DNA of 64,000 nt from Squalus acanthias (GCA_030390025.1 CM059432.1:105340001-105404000), one strand, 5' to 3'; counted from the first letter of the stretch, positions 24,384 to 37,620 are shown. Notes: generated from the letters alone by a model not told the origin. Program-made: numbers and translations.

Positions 24384-24421
24384 CAGTTCTGACGAAAGGT
24401 CATCGACCTGAAACATTAATC
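24384..24421 (+). ncRNA. Hammerhead motif with mutated stem III
   Basis: CTGACGA-aaggtcatcgacct-GAAA-cattaat; the ACGT palindrome has become ACAT. Confidence 0.55.
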
Positions 24422-25256
24422 CTGTTTCTCGCTCCACAGATGCTGCCTGACCTGCTCAGAGTTTCCAACATTTTCTGTTTTAATAATATGAGTCAACATG
24501 GATTACGAAAGGGATATCATGTTTGACAAATCTGTTAGATTTTTTGAGGTTGTAACTAGTAGGGTAGATAAAGGGGAACCAGTGGACGTGGTGTATTTGG
24601 ATTTTCAGAAAGCATTTGATAAGGTGCCACACAAGAGGTTATTACACAAAATTAAGGGTCAAGGGATTTGGGGTAATACACTAGCATGGATTAAGAATTG
24701 GTTAACGGACAGAAAACAGAGAGTAGGAATAAACAGGTCATTTTTGGGTTGGCAGGTTGTAAGTAGTGGGGTACCACAAGGATCAGTGCTTGGGCTCAGC
24801 TATTTACAATCGACATCAATGACTTGGATGAGGGGACCAAGTGTAATGTATCCAAGTTTGCTGACGATACAAAGCTAGGTGGGAAAATAAGTTGTGAGCA
24901 GGATGCAAAGAGGCTGGAAATGGATATGGACAGGTTAAGTGAGTGGGAAAGAACATGGGAGATGGAATATAATGTGGAGAAATGGGAAGTTATCCACTTT
25001 GGTAGGAAAAAGAGAAAAGCAGAATATTTTTTAAATGGTGAGAGATTGGGAAATATTGTTATTCAGAGGGACCTGGTTGTCCGTGTACACAAATCACAGA
25101 AAGTTAACATGCAGGTACATGCAAGCAATTAGGAAAGAAAATGGTATGTTAGCCTTTATCTCAAAAGGATTGGAGAATAAGAGTAAAGAAGTCTTACTGC
25201 AATTATATAGGGCCTTGGTGAGACCACACCTGGAGCATTGTGTACAGTTTTGGACT

Positions 25257-25912
25257 CATAGAACATAGAACAGTACAGCACAGTACAGGCCCTTCGGCCC
25301 TCGATGTTGTGCCGAGCATTGTCCGAAACCAAGATCAAGCTATCCCACTCCCTATCATTCTGGTGTGCTCCATGTGCTTATCCAATAACCGCTTGAAAGT
25401 TCCTAAAGTGTCCGACTCCACTATCACAGCAGGCAGTCCATTCCACACCCCAACCACTCTCTGAGTAAACAATCTACCTCGGACATCCCTTCTATATCTC
25501 CCCCCATGCACCTTATAGTTATGCCCCCTTGTAACAGCTACATCCACCTGAGGAAATAGTCTCTGAACATCCACTCTATCTATCCCCCTCATCATCTTAT
25601 AAACCTCTATTAAGTCGCCTCTCATCCTCCTCCGCTCTAAAGAGAAAAGCCCTAGCTCCCTCAATCTTTCCTCATAAGACCTCCCCCCCAAACCAGGCAG
25701 CATCCTGGTAAATCTCCTTTGCACTCTTTCCAATGCTTCCACGTCCTTCCTATAGTGAGGTGACCAGAACTGCACACAATATTCCAAATGTGGTCTCACC
25801 AAGGTCCTGTACAGTTGCAGCATAGCATCACGGTTCTTAAACTCAAACCCCTTGTTAATAAACGCTAACACACTATAGGCCTTCTTTACTGCTCTATCCA
25901 CTTGAGTGGCAA
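25257..25912 (-). mobile_element. CR1 3' fragment of a different subfamily, inserted antisense into the host CR1
   Basis: Open ORF2 C-terminus (ORF 25335-25952) and (GTTCTAT)n tail at 25257-25271. Confidence 0.9.
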
Positions 25913-27839
25913 CCCAAGGAAGGATATACTTGCCATAGAGGGAGTGCAACAAAAGTTCACTAGACTGATTCCTGGGATGGGGGGATTGTCCTATGAGGAG
26001 AGATTGAGGAGACTAGGCCTATATTCTCTAGAATTTGGAAGAATGAGAGGTGATCTCATTGAAACATATAAAATTCTCACAGGGCTTGACTGGGTAGATG
26101 CTGGGAGGATGTTTCCCCTGGCTGGGGAGTCTAGAACTAGTGGTCACAGTCTCAGAATAAGGGGTCGGCCATTTAGGACTGAGAAGAGGAAAAATTTCTT
26201 CACTTAAAGGGTTGTGACTCTTTGGAATGGTGGAATAGCCTCGAAGGACCAAATGGCCTACTCCTACTCCTATTTCTATTGTTCTTATGTTCTAAAGGGA
26301 TTATTCACCAGAACAAGTTTTATGAGATTCTTAATAGTACCTTAAGCCAACAGGTTCTTGCTGTTAACGGAGAAAAGAAACAAGTTTTGGTTTTACACTT
26401 TAAGTAGAGGATAAATGTCAGGAACTAGTACTGTAATTTATGGAAAATAAAACCAGTTGTACCTGTCATCTAAAGCCTATTTTTATCAAGTCACTTGTTT
26501 TGTTTCCTATAAACCATAATTCCATTGTGTATCATCTATACAAAACATCTGCAGTATTTTACTTATACTTAAAATCACCAAAGTAATGTTTTGGGGATAC
26601 TTATTGGATGTGGCGTGATATACATTGTGAAATCAGATAATGCAGGGTGTATGGAATTTCACTGTCACTTTCAGGCTGTATTTATATTGCAGATACTGGT
26701 TGTAGACCAGTTTGAACCAAGCAGGATCCTGTTTACATTGCCTGGCTGAAGCTCTCGGAGGAATTTGAACTCTTGAGTGGAAAGCTGGCAGCCACCCACC
26801 CAGAAGCTGCAGGAGGAGGTCCAGTCCCTTTTAACAATTGGGCCTCATTAACATTCTTCTGGCTAGCTGCCTGCCCCAAATGGGCATCCAGAGGCAGTTT
26901 GCAGGCTTGCAGCTGGCGAAGATTGAGCAGCCCGGAAGCCACTAGGCCAGCAGTCAGGTAAGCCACCGGGGGAGTTTGGCAGGGTTTCACAGGACAGAAG
27001 TGGGGGTGGGGGGAACCCGGGGCGGTAGCAGCCCAAACATTCTTTGTGGGGCTGAGGGGAGCACTTATTCCTGATTTACATTTATTCATAAGGCTTCCGC
27101 CTAAGTCAGGTGGGCGCGTCAATCGCCCAAGGAAACAACGGCGTTAAAATGGCTACGGGCCAGGAACATTGCTTGGAGTTTGACTCCTGTTCAGCCAGTT
27201 TCTGCTGGGCAGAAGGATTTAAAATTCCCCCATCTAATTATCCTGCTGTGAAGAGAGCTCTGTGTGGGGGTGGTTGCATATATGCACAGAACTCCTCTTC
27301 CAACAGTTAAAATTTGAATGTTTGGAGAGTACTGAGGGGAGAGATCTGCACTCCCTAAACAGTTAGGCCCTGAATTTACTTGCTTTTTGCAGCGAGTTTG
27401 CAGCGAGTTTGGAGTGTAAGTACAGTGTTCCAGCATTTTTTAGAATGCTTTTTGGAGTGGCCCCCATTTTCACTGGCTATTCCATCCATAATGGCTGTGC
27501 TGGCATTTCCATTTGTGTTTTGGGCTTCCATGTGTGCACCAATGGTGTTGGGAAGTCATTGTAATATATGTAAATGAGGAAGCCTGGTGTTGGAGTGGCC
27601 AAAACACGTGACTTGTACCCACAATTAGAATAAATGAAAACTGGTTGCAATGTTCAGCTGATACTGGTGGAAGTGCTTTACTTTGAAGCCTGCAACATGG
27701 AGAAGCTTCGAAGAGTGATTGCTTGAGTCAAAGGAAAGATCTTGGAGCATTTGTTTTGAGTTTCACCTGAACAGTGCTGACCTTGCCTGAGACCACTGGG
27801 ATATTTTTAAGAGGTTCTGAGTAATTAAGGTGGAATTAT

Positions 27840-29975
27840 CAATGGACATTCCCTTGTTATCTATTTTAATGGAGGAGAAGCAGTACCGGAACAGGATGGA
27901 TGAAAGTAGTTTGAAGCAGCATTTGAGGAGGATGTGTCCTACAAGATATTACCCCTCCCTACCAAAGAATTTATAGGCGATGCAGATTTTATAAAAATCT
28001 TAGTGAGGGGCTCTGCTGGAGAAGAGTGCACTTCACCAAACAAGCTATAGGAGAGCTACTGAAGGGATAATTATTAGTCCTAGCCCCTTTAGGGCTACCC
28101 CGGATCAGGCGTATTTCTCAAGACGTTCACTTTCAACTAAAGTTTGAGGTAGCCGAATCCTAAAGACGCTTAATTGGGTCTAAAGGTCCGGGCTATCTCT
28201 CCCTAAAGGAAAGGAACAACCTGAGAATGTTACCATCCTCCAGATAGCACTTTTAATAAGTTTAGCTAGACTGTAACGTTCCGGATATTAAAACTCCCTC
28301 AGAATTCTGCAACTCCTCACCAAAGAGTGTACAGAGATTGAGTTCGCGAGTTTTTGATACAGAAGTCTTATGTGAGATAATTCTAAAAATATATAGATTT
28401 ATTAAAGAACTGACATGTAATTTACAGTTGGTGAGTCAATTGCAACATTAACAGTTCCAAAAAGAGAAAACTTACAATCTTATTATCAGAGAATCTTAAT
28501 TTTAAATCTTAACTTCGCTCCAGTATTACAGTTCTTTAAAGTCTACAGGATATCCACCAAAATCAAATACCTTTGATCCCCGAGGTACAAAGAGTTGGAG
28601 ACTTACAGAGCTGCCTCTGAAGCCAAGAATCACTTTGCCCGATTAAAGCGAGTCTGTTATCCCATTTGAGAGTTCATTATTTATACCCTTTTCCAGTGGT
28701 ATTTCCTTTAAGGTTTTCTGCTGATGCAAGCTAATTATCTCTAGTCATTTTTCTGCCGACCTCTGCAACTCTTACTGCCACCTCAACTAGTAGCATTACA
28801 GAATCATGTCTCCTCTCTAGGTGTTCTAAGTTTACCATATAAAAACGGTGTGACGGGAGGTGTTCCTTACTTGATGTCATCTTTACGAGGGCAGATGTTC
28901 CTTATCTTATGTGCCTCTTTACGAAGTGTAAATTAGAACACCTTATCCATGGTGAAACATTGTTTTTGTTCCCAAAGGTCAGCCTGTCGGAGCCCTTCAC
29001 CTTCTGTTTCAATAAGGTTATTTATTCAGGGTCAACAACTGTCTTATCTCAATAGCCAGAATTCTTTCACAGCTATTTCATAGTTAAGTTTCTAAATTTC
29101 CAAACCCAGTTTGTCATGTTTTAATAAGGCCAGAATTCTTTCATAAGATAGTGTATTTTTCTGAATAGGTTATATGGCTTATTCCTTCACAAGCTGTGCC
29201 AGTTTCAATTGTTATATCACTGGGTCATTTCAAGCAGCCAGAGGGCAACTGTGTAATATCACCCAGGGTGCCATCCAGACATGCATTCATTAGGTAACTG
29301 ACACCATTTTTAGGAAAGATAGGCAATTACTCCAATTTGGCATGACAGCAAGGCAGAAGCTTGATAGGGCCATACAATTTTATCATAATACTGCGTTCCC
29401 CAAAGACCAGGGTACAATAGCATTGCAAGCCCTTACAGTTAACCTCATCAACTTTCTGAATAGAAAGGACTGACACTCCCTAAATGTCCAGATTGTGTGT
29501 GACCAGATGCAAAAAATTCTCCACGTCAAGGTAAGATTTACTGGAAGTTATCATGATGCCTCTGTCTTTAGGAAATCTTCCCTCACTGAACAATTCAAGG
29601 AAAATAGTCAAGTAACCAGATGGCTTGTGGTTGTACCCTTTGCTACTAGGGATCGATTCATGACCCCTCTGAAAGGGACAAGAATAGCAACTGAGGAGCA
29701 CTACAATGAGGCACATGTCTCCACCAAAGTTATGATTGTGAGAACCATAGCGGGCTTAAAAGGTTGCTTAATAGTTCTGCAGCTGTGCCCTGCTTAATTT
29801 TGCCATCCAAAAAGGCCTGGGCAAGGACATTCCTAGGGAGGTGCCTCCAGGTGCCTTGGAGGCAGAAGAGCATTATATGGATCAGCATGATGATTGTCAC
29901 TTGGAGAGCACCTCAGTGATGACAGCAAGGGGCATCAGAACTCAACTTATCAATGAAGTGTTCTCTTCCATTTAA
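27840..29975 (+). pseudogene. Decayed PIF/Harbinger (HARBI1-like) transposase, interrupted by a solo LTR
   Basis: NRK.*HSLNVQIVCD...FTGSYHDASVF...MTPLK...HYNEAHVSTKVMIVRTIAGLK at 29455-29765, matching the Harbinger DDE motifs; contains stops and deletions. Confidence 0.75.
28060..29189 (-). mobile_element. Probable solo LTR (about 1.13 kb)
   Basis: TG...CA ends with 11-bp imperfect inverted termini TGAAGGGATAA / TTATTCCTTCA; minus-strand TATAAA (28685-28680) upstream of AATAAA (28403-28398); no TSD seen. Confidence 0.65.
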
Positions 29976-30048
29976 TGATCTCCATTTGCCACCATTGCCA
30001 TTACACCATTTCTCCTGTTTCTGAGTAAGTAATTCCTTCAATACCATA

Positions 30049-30488
30049 CAACAACAACAACTTGCATTTATACAGTGCAAAACATTCCAAGGTGCTTCAC
30101 AAGAGCGTTATCAATCAAAATTTGAGACCGAGCCACAGAAGGTGATATCAGGACAGATGACAAAAAGCTTGCTCAAACAGATAGGTTTTAAGGAGCATCT
30201 TAAAGGAAGAAACAGAGGTAGAGAGGCGGAAAAGTTTAGGGAGGGAATTCCAGTGCTTAGGGCCTAGGCACCTGAAGGCACGGCCGCCAATGGTGGAGCG
30301 ATTAAAATCGGGGATGCGCGAGAGGTCAGAATTGGAGGAGTGCAGAGATCTCGAAGGCCTGTAGGGCTGGAAGAAGTTACAGAGATAAGGAAAGGCGAGG
30401 CCATGGAGGGATTTGAAAACAAGGATGAGAATTTTAAAATTGAGGCGTTGTCGGACCGGGAACCAATGTAGGTCAGCAAGCACAGGGT
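30049..30488 (-). mobile_element. L2 LINE 3' fragment
   Basis: LADLHWFPVRQRLNFKILILVFKSLHGLA...GGRAF...FKMLLKTYLF, the L2 C-terminal signature; (TTG)n tail. Confidence 0.88.
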
Positions 30489-31519
30489 TTTTTTTATCGT
30501 TCCTGGGATGTGGGCATCACTGGCAAGGCTAGCATTTATTGCTCATCCCTAATTGCCCTTGAGACGGTGGTGGTGAGCCGCCTTCTTGAACCGCTGCAGT
30601 CCGTGTGGTGAAGGTACTCCCATAGTGCTGTTTGGGAGGGAGTTCCAGGATTTTGACCCAGCGACGATGAAGGAACAGCGATATATTTCCAAGTCAGGAT
30701 GATGTGGAACTTGGAGGGGAACTTGCAGGTGGTGGTGTTCCCATGCGCCTGCTGCCCTTGTCCTTCTAGGTGGCAGATGTCGCGGGTTTGGGCTGTGCTG
30801 CCGATGAAGCCTTGGTGAGTTGCTGCAGTGCATTTTGTAGATGGTACACACTACAGCCACAGTGCGCCAATGGTGGAGGGAGTGAATGTTTAAGGTGGTG
30901 GATGGGGTGCCAATCAAGCAGGCTGCTTTGTCCTGGATGGTGTCAAGCTTCTTGAGTGTTGTTGGAGCTGCATTCATCCAGGCAAGTGGAGAGTATTTCA
31001 CCACACTCCTGATTTGTACCTTGTAGATGGAAAAGCTTTGGGGAGTCAGGAGGTGAGACACTTACCGCAGAAGACTCAGCCTCTGACTCTTGTTCCACAG
31101 TATTTATGTGGCTGGTCCAGTTAAGTTTCTGGTCAATGGTGACAGCCCAGGATGTTGATGGTGGGGGATTCGGCGATGGTAATGCCGTTGAATATCAAGA
31201 GGAGGTGGTTAGACTCTCGCTTGTTGGAGATAGTCATTGCCTGGCACTTGTGTGGCGCGAATGTTACTTGCCACTTATCAGCCCAAGCCTGAATGTCGCC
31301 CGGGTCTTGCTGCATGCGGGCATGGACTGCTTCATTATCTGAGGAGTTGTGAATGGAACTGAACAGTGTGCAATCATCAGCGAACATCCCCACTTCTGAC
31401 CTTATGATGGAGGGAAGGTCATTGATGAAGCAGCTGAAGATGGTTGGGCCTAGGACACTGCCCGGAGGAACTCCTGCAGCAACGTTCTGGGGCTGAGATG
31501 ATTGGCCTCCAACAACCAC
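30489..31519 (-). mobile_element. CR1/L2-group LINE family B 3' fragment
   Basis: GVPPGSVLGP, MFADD; reverse-complement similarity to 9620-10615. Confidence 0.88.
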
Positions 31520-32020
31520 AACCTGGAGTACTGTGTACAGTTTTGGTCTCCTTACCTAAGGAAGGATATATTTACCTTAGAGGGAGTGCAACGAAGGTTC
31601 ACTAGACTGATTTCTGGGATAAGGGGATTGTCCTATGAGGAGAGATTGAATCAACTAGGCCTATATTCCCTAGAATTTAGAAGAATGAGAGGTGATCTCA
31701 TTGAAACATACAAAATTCTTAAAGGGCTTGACAGGGTAGATGCTGGGAGGATGTTTCCCCTGGCTGGGGAGTCTAGAACTAGGGGTCACATTCTCAGAAT
31801 AAGGGGTTGGCCATTTAGGACTGAGATGAGAAGAAATTTCTTCACTTAGAGGATTGTGAATCTTTGGAATTCTCTACCCCAGAGGGCTGTGGATACTCAG
31901 TCGTTGAGTATATTCAAACAGAGATCGATAGATTTTTGGATACCAAGGGAATCAAGAGATATTGGGATAGTGCGGGAAGGTGGAGCTGAGGCAGAAGATC
32001 AGCCATGATCTTATTGAAAT
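31520..32020 (+). mobile_element. CR1 3' fragment
   Basis: [15 protein letters not shown]...RRMRGDLIE. Confidence 0.9.
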
Positions 32021-32321
32021 GAGCTCCCGTGACTTGAGCCTACGATTGAATCCAGCATTTAGTGACACCAGGCAGACCAGTCAACTCCAGGATGAATGTG
32101 ATGCCCACCAGAGGGTCCAGACCAGGATCGAGGCCTGGAGCCTCAAAGAGGAAGCACTTTTTTTTTTCAAAATTGCACTCCTAGTGGTTTGAACTGCCAC
32201 CAATGTCAGTCAGATGAAAGGAATCTCCTTGGCATGGTGAGGAGTACATGACCGGGGCGGGTGCATCTTGATACTTACACCGAGATACGCTGGCCCTTGG
32301 ATTTTTGGGGCCATTGTATCT

Positions 32322-35300
32322 GAACATAAGAATATAAGAATTAGGAGCAGGAGTAGGCCATATGCCCTTCGAGCCTGCTCCACCATTCAATAAGATCATG
32401 GCTGATCTTCGACCTCAACTCTTCTTTCCTGCCCTATTCCCATATCCCTTAATTCCTCTGGAGTCCAAAAATCTATCTGTCAGCCTTGAATATACTAAAT
32501 GACTGAGCATCAACAGCACTTTGGGGCAGTGAATTCCAAAAATTCCTCCTCATCTCAGTCTTAAATAGCCAACCCCTTATTCTGAGACTGTGACCCCTGG
32601 TTCTAGACTCTCCAGCTAGGGGAAACAATCTCTCAGCATCTACCCTGTCAATCCCCCTCAGAATCTTATATGTTTCAATTAGATCACCTCTCATTCTTCT
32701 AAACTCCAGAGGGTATAGGCCCAATCTACTCAATCTCTCCTCATAGGACAACCCTCTCATCCAAGGGATCAATCTAGTGAACCTTCGTCGCACCACCTCT
32801 AAGGCAAGTATATCCTTCCTTAAATAAGGAGACTAAAACTGTGCACAGTACTCCAGGTGTGGTCTCACCAGAGCCCTGTACAATTATAGCAAGAATTCCT
32901 TACTCTTGTACTCCAACCCTCTAGCAATAAAGACCAACATGTCATTTGCCTTCCTAATTGCTTGCTGTGCCTGCATGTTAACTCTCTGTGTTTCTTATAC
33001 TAGGACACCCAAATCTCTCTGAACACCAACATTTAATAGTTTCTCACCATTTAAAAAATATTCTGTTTTTCTATTCTTCCTACCAAAGTGAATAACCTCA
33101 CATTTCCCCACATTATACTCCATCTGCCACCTTATTGCCCACTCACTTAACCTATCTATATCCCTTTGCAGGCTCTTTGCGTCCTCCTCACATCTTACTT
33201 TTCTACCTAGCTTTGTATTGTCAGCAAATTTGGATACTTTGCACTTGGTCCCTTTATCTAAGCCATTAACATAGATTGTAAATAGCTGAGGCCCAAGCAA
33301 TAATCCTGCGGCACCTCGCTAGTTACAGCCTGTCAATCTGAAAATGACCTGTTTATCCCTACTCTCTGTTTTTTGTCTGTTAACTGATCTGTTATCCATG
33401 CTAATATCTTACCCCCAACCCCATGTGCCCTTATCTTGCTTAACAACCTTTTATGTGGCACCTTATCAAATGCCTTTTGGAAATCCAAATATATTACATC
33501 CACTGGTTCCCCTTTATCTACCCTGCTAGTTACATCCTTAAAAAACTCTAATAAATTTGTCAAACACCATTTACCTTTCATAAAACCATGTTGACTTTGC
33601 CTAATTATATTATGATTTTCTAAGTACCCTGTCACCACTTCCTTAATAATGGACTCCAGCATTTTCCCGATGACTGTTGTCAGGCTAACTGGCCTGTAGT
33701 TCCCAATTTTCTCTCTCCCTCCTTTCTTGAATAGCAGGGTTACATTTGCTACCTTCCAATCCGCTGGGACTTTTCCTGAATCTGGGGAATTTTGGAAGAT
33801 CACAACCAATGCATCAACTATCTTTTCAGCCACCTCTTATAGAACCCTAGGATGTAGGCCGTCAGGTCCAGGGGATTTGTCGGCTTTTAGTCTCATTAGT
33901 TTCTCAAGTACTTTTTCTCTACTGATATTAATTACTTTAATGTCCTCACTCTCATTAGCCCCTTGGTTCCCCACTATTTTTGGTATACTTTTTGTGTCTT
34001 CTACTGTGAAGACAGATACAAAGGGCTGGATTTTACCAGCCCCGAGGAGGTGGGTATGGAGGCGGGACTGCCGGGAAAGTGGCAGAATTTGGGGGCGGGT
34101 GGTAAACCCGCCCCCAACCAGCCTCCGTGCCCTCTTGCCAGGAGGCGGGAAGCTGTCCCGCCCCGGGTTCCATCTCCTTGGAGGCGGGAAGGGATTAAAG
34201 CCTATTAACTGCCTGTTAACAGGTAGTTAACAGGCAGAAAATAGGATTATCCCCATTTTTCATCCTGAAGTGCAGGCTTCCCAACCTGAGGGAACCCCGC
34301 CAGTGTGTAGGAGCTGAGTAGGAGGTCTGCAGGGGTCGGAAGGGTCTGAAAGTGCGATGTAGAGGTGAGTGATGGGTGCAAGTTTGGAGTGGTAAATATG
34401 TGAGGTGAGTGTAAAGTGTTAGAAAATGTTAATTTACCTTTGTTTCTATCTACAACCTTCAGCCGCTGTGGAGCCGGAGTTCCCATTGTAGAGATCACAG
34501 ACTGGCTGTTGTATCCTCTGATGCAACAGCCAGCTGATTTCTGCAAAGTAGAAATTTTTGATGAGTCCTGAACATAAGGACTCATCAAACGACACAGAAT
34601 GTCAGTGTTTGACAGCTTCACAGAGCTGTCAAATGATGACATTTCTTCTTTCAAAAATTCTTGACAGATGACACGTCAAACCTTGCCATTTTGATTTGCC
34701 CAATCTATATGCAGATTAAAGTCCCCCACAATTATTATATTACCTTTGTTGCAAGCTCCTATTATTTTTTGATTAATACTCTGTCCAATGGTATAGCTAC
34801 TGTTAGGGGCCTATAAATTACTCCCACCACTGTTTTCTGCCCCTTATTATTTCTTATCTCCACCTATACTGATTCTACTTCCCAATCTTCTGAGCCAAGA
34901 TCCTTTCTCATGACTGTCCTTATGTCATCCTTAATTATCAGAGCTACCCGAGTTCCCCCCCTCCCCCGTTCCAGTCTGCCTGTCTTTTCGATAAATCAAG
35001 TACCCTGGAATATTTAGTTCCCAACCCTGGTCACCTTGCACGTCTCTGTAATGGCTATTAGATCAAACCCATTTATCACTATTTGTGCCACTAATTCATC
35101 TATCTTGTTACGAATGCTTAGTGTATTCAGGTAAAGAGTCTTTAGTTTTAACCTTTTACCATTATTCCCTGCTTTCATCTTTTTCGTTGATGCATGATTA
35201 CCTTTAAACTCTCTGTCCCTTCCTGTCACACACTGCTTATCTTTACCCAAATCGCTACACTGCTCCATTGCCTTGACTTTTCTCTTTAGATTTCTAAATT

Positions 35301-35385
35301 TCCCCTCACCTGACCCCCCCCACTTTTTAGTTTACAGCCCTATCTACAGCCCTAGTTATTCGATTCACCAGGACACTGGTCCCAA
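32322..35385 (-). mobile_element. CR1 LINE (EN to 3' tail) with an inserted truncated MITE and an internal deletion
   Basis: RT ORFs 32473-33833; EN motif YLNTLSIRNK at 35014-35268; tail at 32322. Confidence 0.9.
34023..34690. mobile_element. Harbinger-type MITE (family M2), right end missing
   Basis: TIR GGGCTGGATTTT; colinear with 41475-42130. Confidence 0.85.
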
Positions 35386-35781
35386 CGGAACACGGAGTCT
35401 ATTTGTTAATGTAAAGTAACAGATTCATCAGAGCTTGAAAAAATGGAGCAAGGTTCTCAGGAAAATAATAAAATGTAAATATGAAAAATGAAATACACAA
35501 GGATACTTATGAGGATAAATTTTTGGTTGCAGCACTAGACTGACTTTGGAGTCTGAGTGTATTGCTCTCCAAAATTGTACTTGGCCAAACTCATGAGATT
35601 TTGGAGATCAGCCTCATTACAAATTTACGGTGAGCTCCTGGCCCAAATTGGACCACTTTATGGCAATTTGCTGTAAGCAGTGGCTGGGAAATAGCACACA
35701 GCTGTTAAATGCTGCAGCAGCTATTTAAAGGAATAGATTAATTATTGCTGGGCAGAGAATGAGAATCCACTGCAGGAAGGA

Positions 35782-35871
35782 GTGGCTGTCAGGATAAATG
35801 CGATCTCCAGCACCGAGAGAACCTTGAGGCAGGTCAGGAAAAAGATCAATAGCTTCAGGAACTCTGCCAAG
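35782..35871 (+). pseudogene. Remnant Myb/SANT-like exon of a Harbinger element
   Basis: VAVRINAISSTERTLRQVRKKINSFRNSAK followed by GT; resembles the end of exon 1 at 46544-46640. Confidence 0.45.
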
Positions 35872-35968
35872 GTATAGCATTACACTATATCAAGTAGATG
35901 CACAAAATATATAGTTCACTAACAGTCTCCTGTTGCCCTGTTACACCCTCACTGAGAGTGCACACTAA

Positions 35969-36723
35969 GGGCTGGATTTTGTCTTGGGGTCGGGTTGGGG
36001 TCGTGTAATCCGCATTTTGCGTTCCCCCCGACTCCAGATTAATGTGGATGAATGATGCAATTTTCACTTAATTGGGCAATTGAGTTCCAGCATGTGGGAA
36101 CCCATGAACTAATTAGTGGTTTCAGTCTGAAAGTCGCCTCTGATGATGTCATCATTGCTGACTGCCTAGTCTCAGAGACTGTTGGTGAGAGAGGACCTGG
36201 CTGGCTTGCTTTTGATGTGAGTGGACCTGGATGCAAGATGTGGGGGGAGGAAAGGAGAGAGAGAGAGAGAGAGAGAGAATTTTTTTTGCATCCAAGTCCT
36301 CTCACAGCAAAGGCCAGGCAGTCTCTGAACACATTCAATGCAGCAGCGGTGACTTTCAGACCTAATACTACTACTACCTTCATCACATCTCAGTTGTAAT
36401 AGTGGACCTGCAGCTGATAGTTAGCTGTCCACTTGTGCTCCCGCCAGGTTTCACTGGAGTGTTTCACACCAGGCGTACTTCACGTCCGAAAAGGGTTAAA
36501 CTAGCTAAAACGTTTCAAAATGGCATTACAGAGCCAATTTAGAGCTTGTTAATTGCTTTAATGGCCTCTCGTGCCTCTTGGAGGTGGGACGGAGTCGGGA
36601 ACCCCGCGACTGATTTTGTCAAAATTGCGTGGAGGCGGGATGGGGTCGGAAACCCTGACCCCGCAAATTTAACCCCCCACACGCCTCCAAACCCGACTCC
36701 ATGGGTCACTCAAAATCCAGCCC
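35969..36723. mobile_element. Harbinger-type MITE (family M1), opposite orientation to 8759-9370
   Basis: TIRs GGGCTGGATTTT / AAAATCCAGCCC, perfect TAA TSD. Confidence 0.92.
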
Positions 36724-36752
36724 TAAGCCTTTACAAACAGCTCTTCCCAAAC

Positions 36753-37163
36753 TTCATATAGATGTCCATACTGACCAAGGTTCATATAGATGTCCATACT
36801 GACCAAGGTTCATATAGATGTCCATACTGACCAAGGTTCATATAGATGTCCATACTGACCAAGATTCATATAGATGTCCATACTGACCAAGGTTCATATA
36901 GATGTCCATACTGACCAAGGTTCATATAGATGTCCATACTGACCAAGGTTCATATAGATGTCCATACTGACCAAGATTCATATAGATGTCCATACTGACC
37001 AAGGTTCATATAGATGTCCATACTGACCAAGGTTCATATAGATGTCCATACTGACCAAGATTCATATACATGTCCATACTGACCAAGGTTCATATACATG
37101 TCCGTAGTGACCATGCTTCATATACATGTCCATAGTGACCACACTTCATATACATGTCCATAC
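36753..37163. repeat. 28-bp minisatellite (TTCATATAGATGTCCATACTGACCAAGG), about 14.5 copies
   Basis: Tandem unit read directly from the sequence; units degenerate at the right end. Confidence 0.95.
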
Positions 37164-37394
37164 TAAATCAGGGCACACCTTATTACTGCCACTTAAATTG
37201 TAATTGCTTTCACTGGACCATTTGGAAAAGTGGCCCCACAAAGCAAGCTTATCCAGTTAAACTGCATCATACACGTTCACTTACTCACACATAAGCTGTG
37301 ATGCATGGTGCATACTTGGCTGTCACTCGTCTATGTGCTCTTCAAACTTCCAATATCTCAGCATTACTTCTCTGCTTTCAGGAAAAGGCAGTAA

Positions 37395-37620
37395 AAGAAA
37401 GAAAGAAAGACTTGCATTTATATAGCGCCTTTCACAACCTCAGGACGTCCCAAAGCGCTTTACAGCCAATGAAGTACTTTTGAACTGTAGTCACTGTTGT
37501 AATCTAGGAAATGCAGCAGGCAATTTTGCGCACAGCAAGCTCCCACAGACAGCAATGTGATAATGACCAGATAATCTGTTTTAGTGATGTTGATTGAGGG
37601 TTAAATATTGGCCGGGACAT
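37395..37620 (-). mobile_element. DeuSINE 3' half
   Basis: Matches 63297-63515; (TTTC)n tail. Confidence 0.8.

Larger units (their letters stand above)
23783..24482. mobile_element. Short Penelope insertion: inverted 3' end plus direct 3' end
   Basis: 14-bp TSD ATAATATGAGTCAA at 23769-23782 and 24483-24496; 23783-24053 is the reverse complement of the right arm; includes the ORF end SGLNIEFNNFR. Confidence 0.9.
23535..26292 (+). mobile_element. CR1 LINE RT/3' fragment with two nested insertions
   Basis: VDVVYLDFQKAFDKVPH, FADD, RMRGDLIE; tail ctattgttcttatgttct. Confidence 0.9.

Noticed and set aside
29455..29797. Domesticated HARBI1 gene
   Set aside because: In-frame stops, missing catalytic motifs and an LTR-like insertion indicate a decayed transposon copy
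36753..37163. CRISPR-like 28-bp repeats
   Set aside because: Head-to-tail units with no unique spacers, no cas genes, vertebrate context
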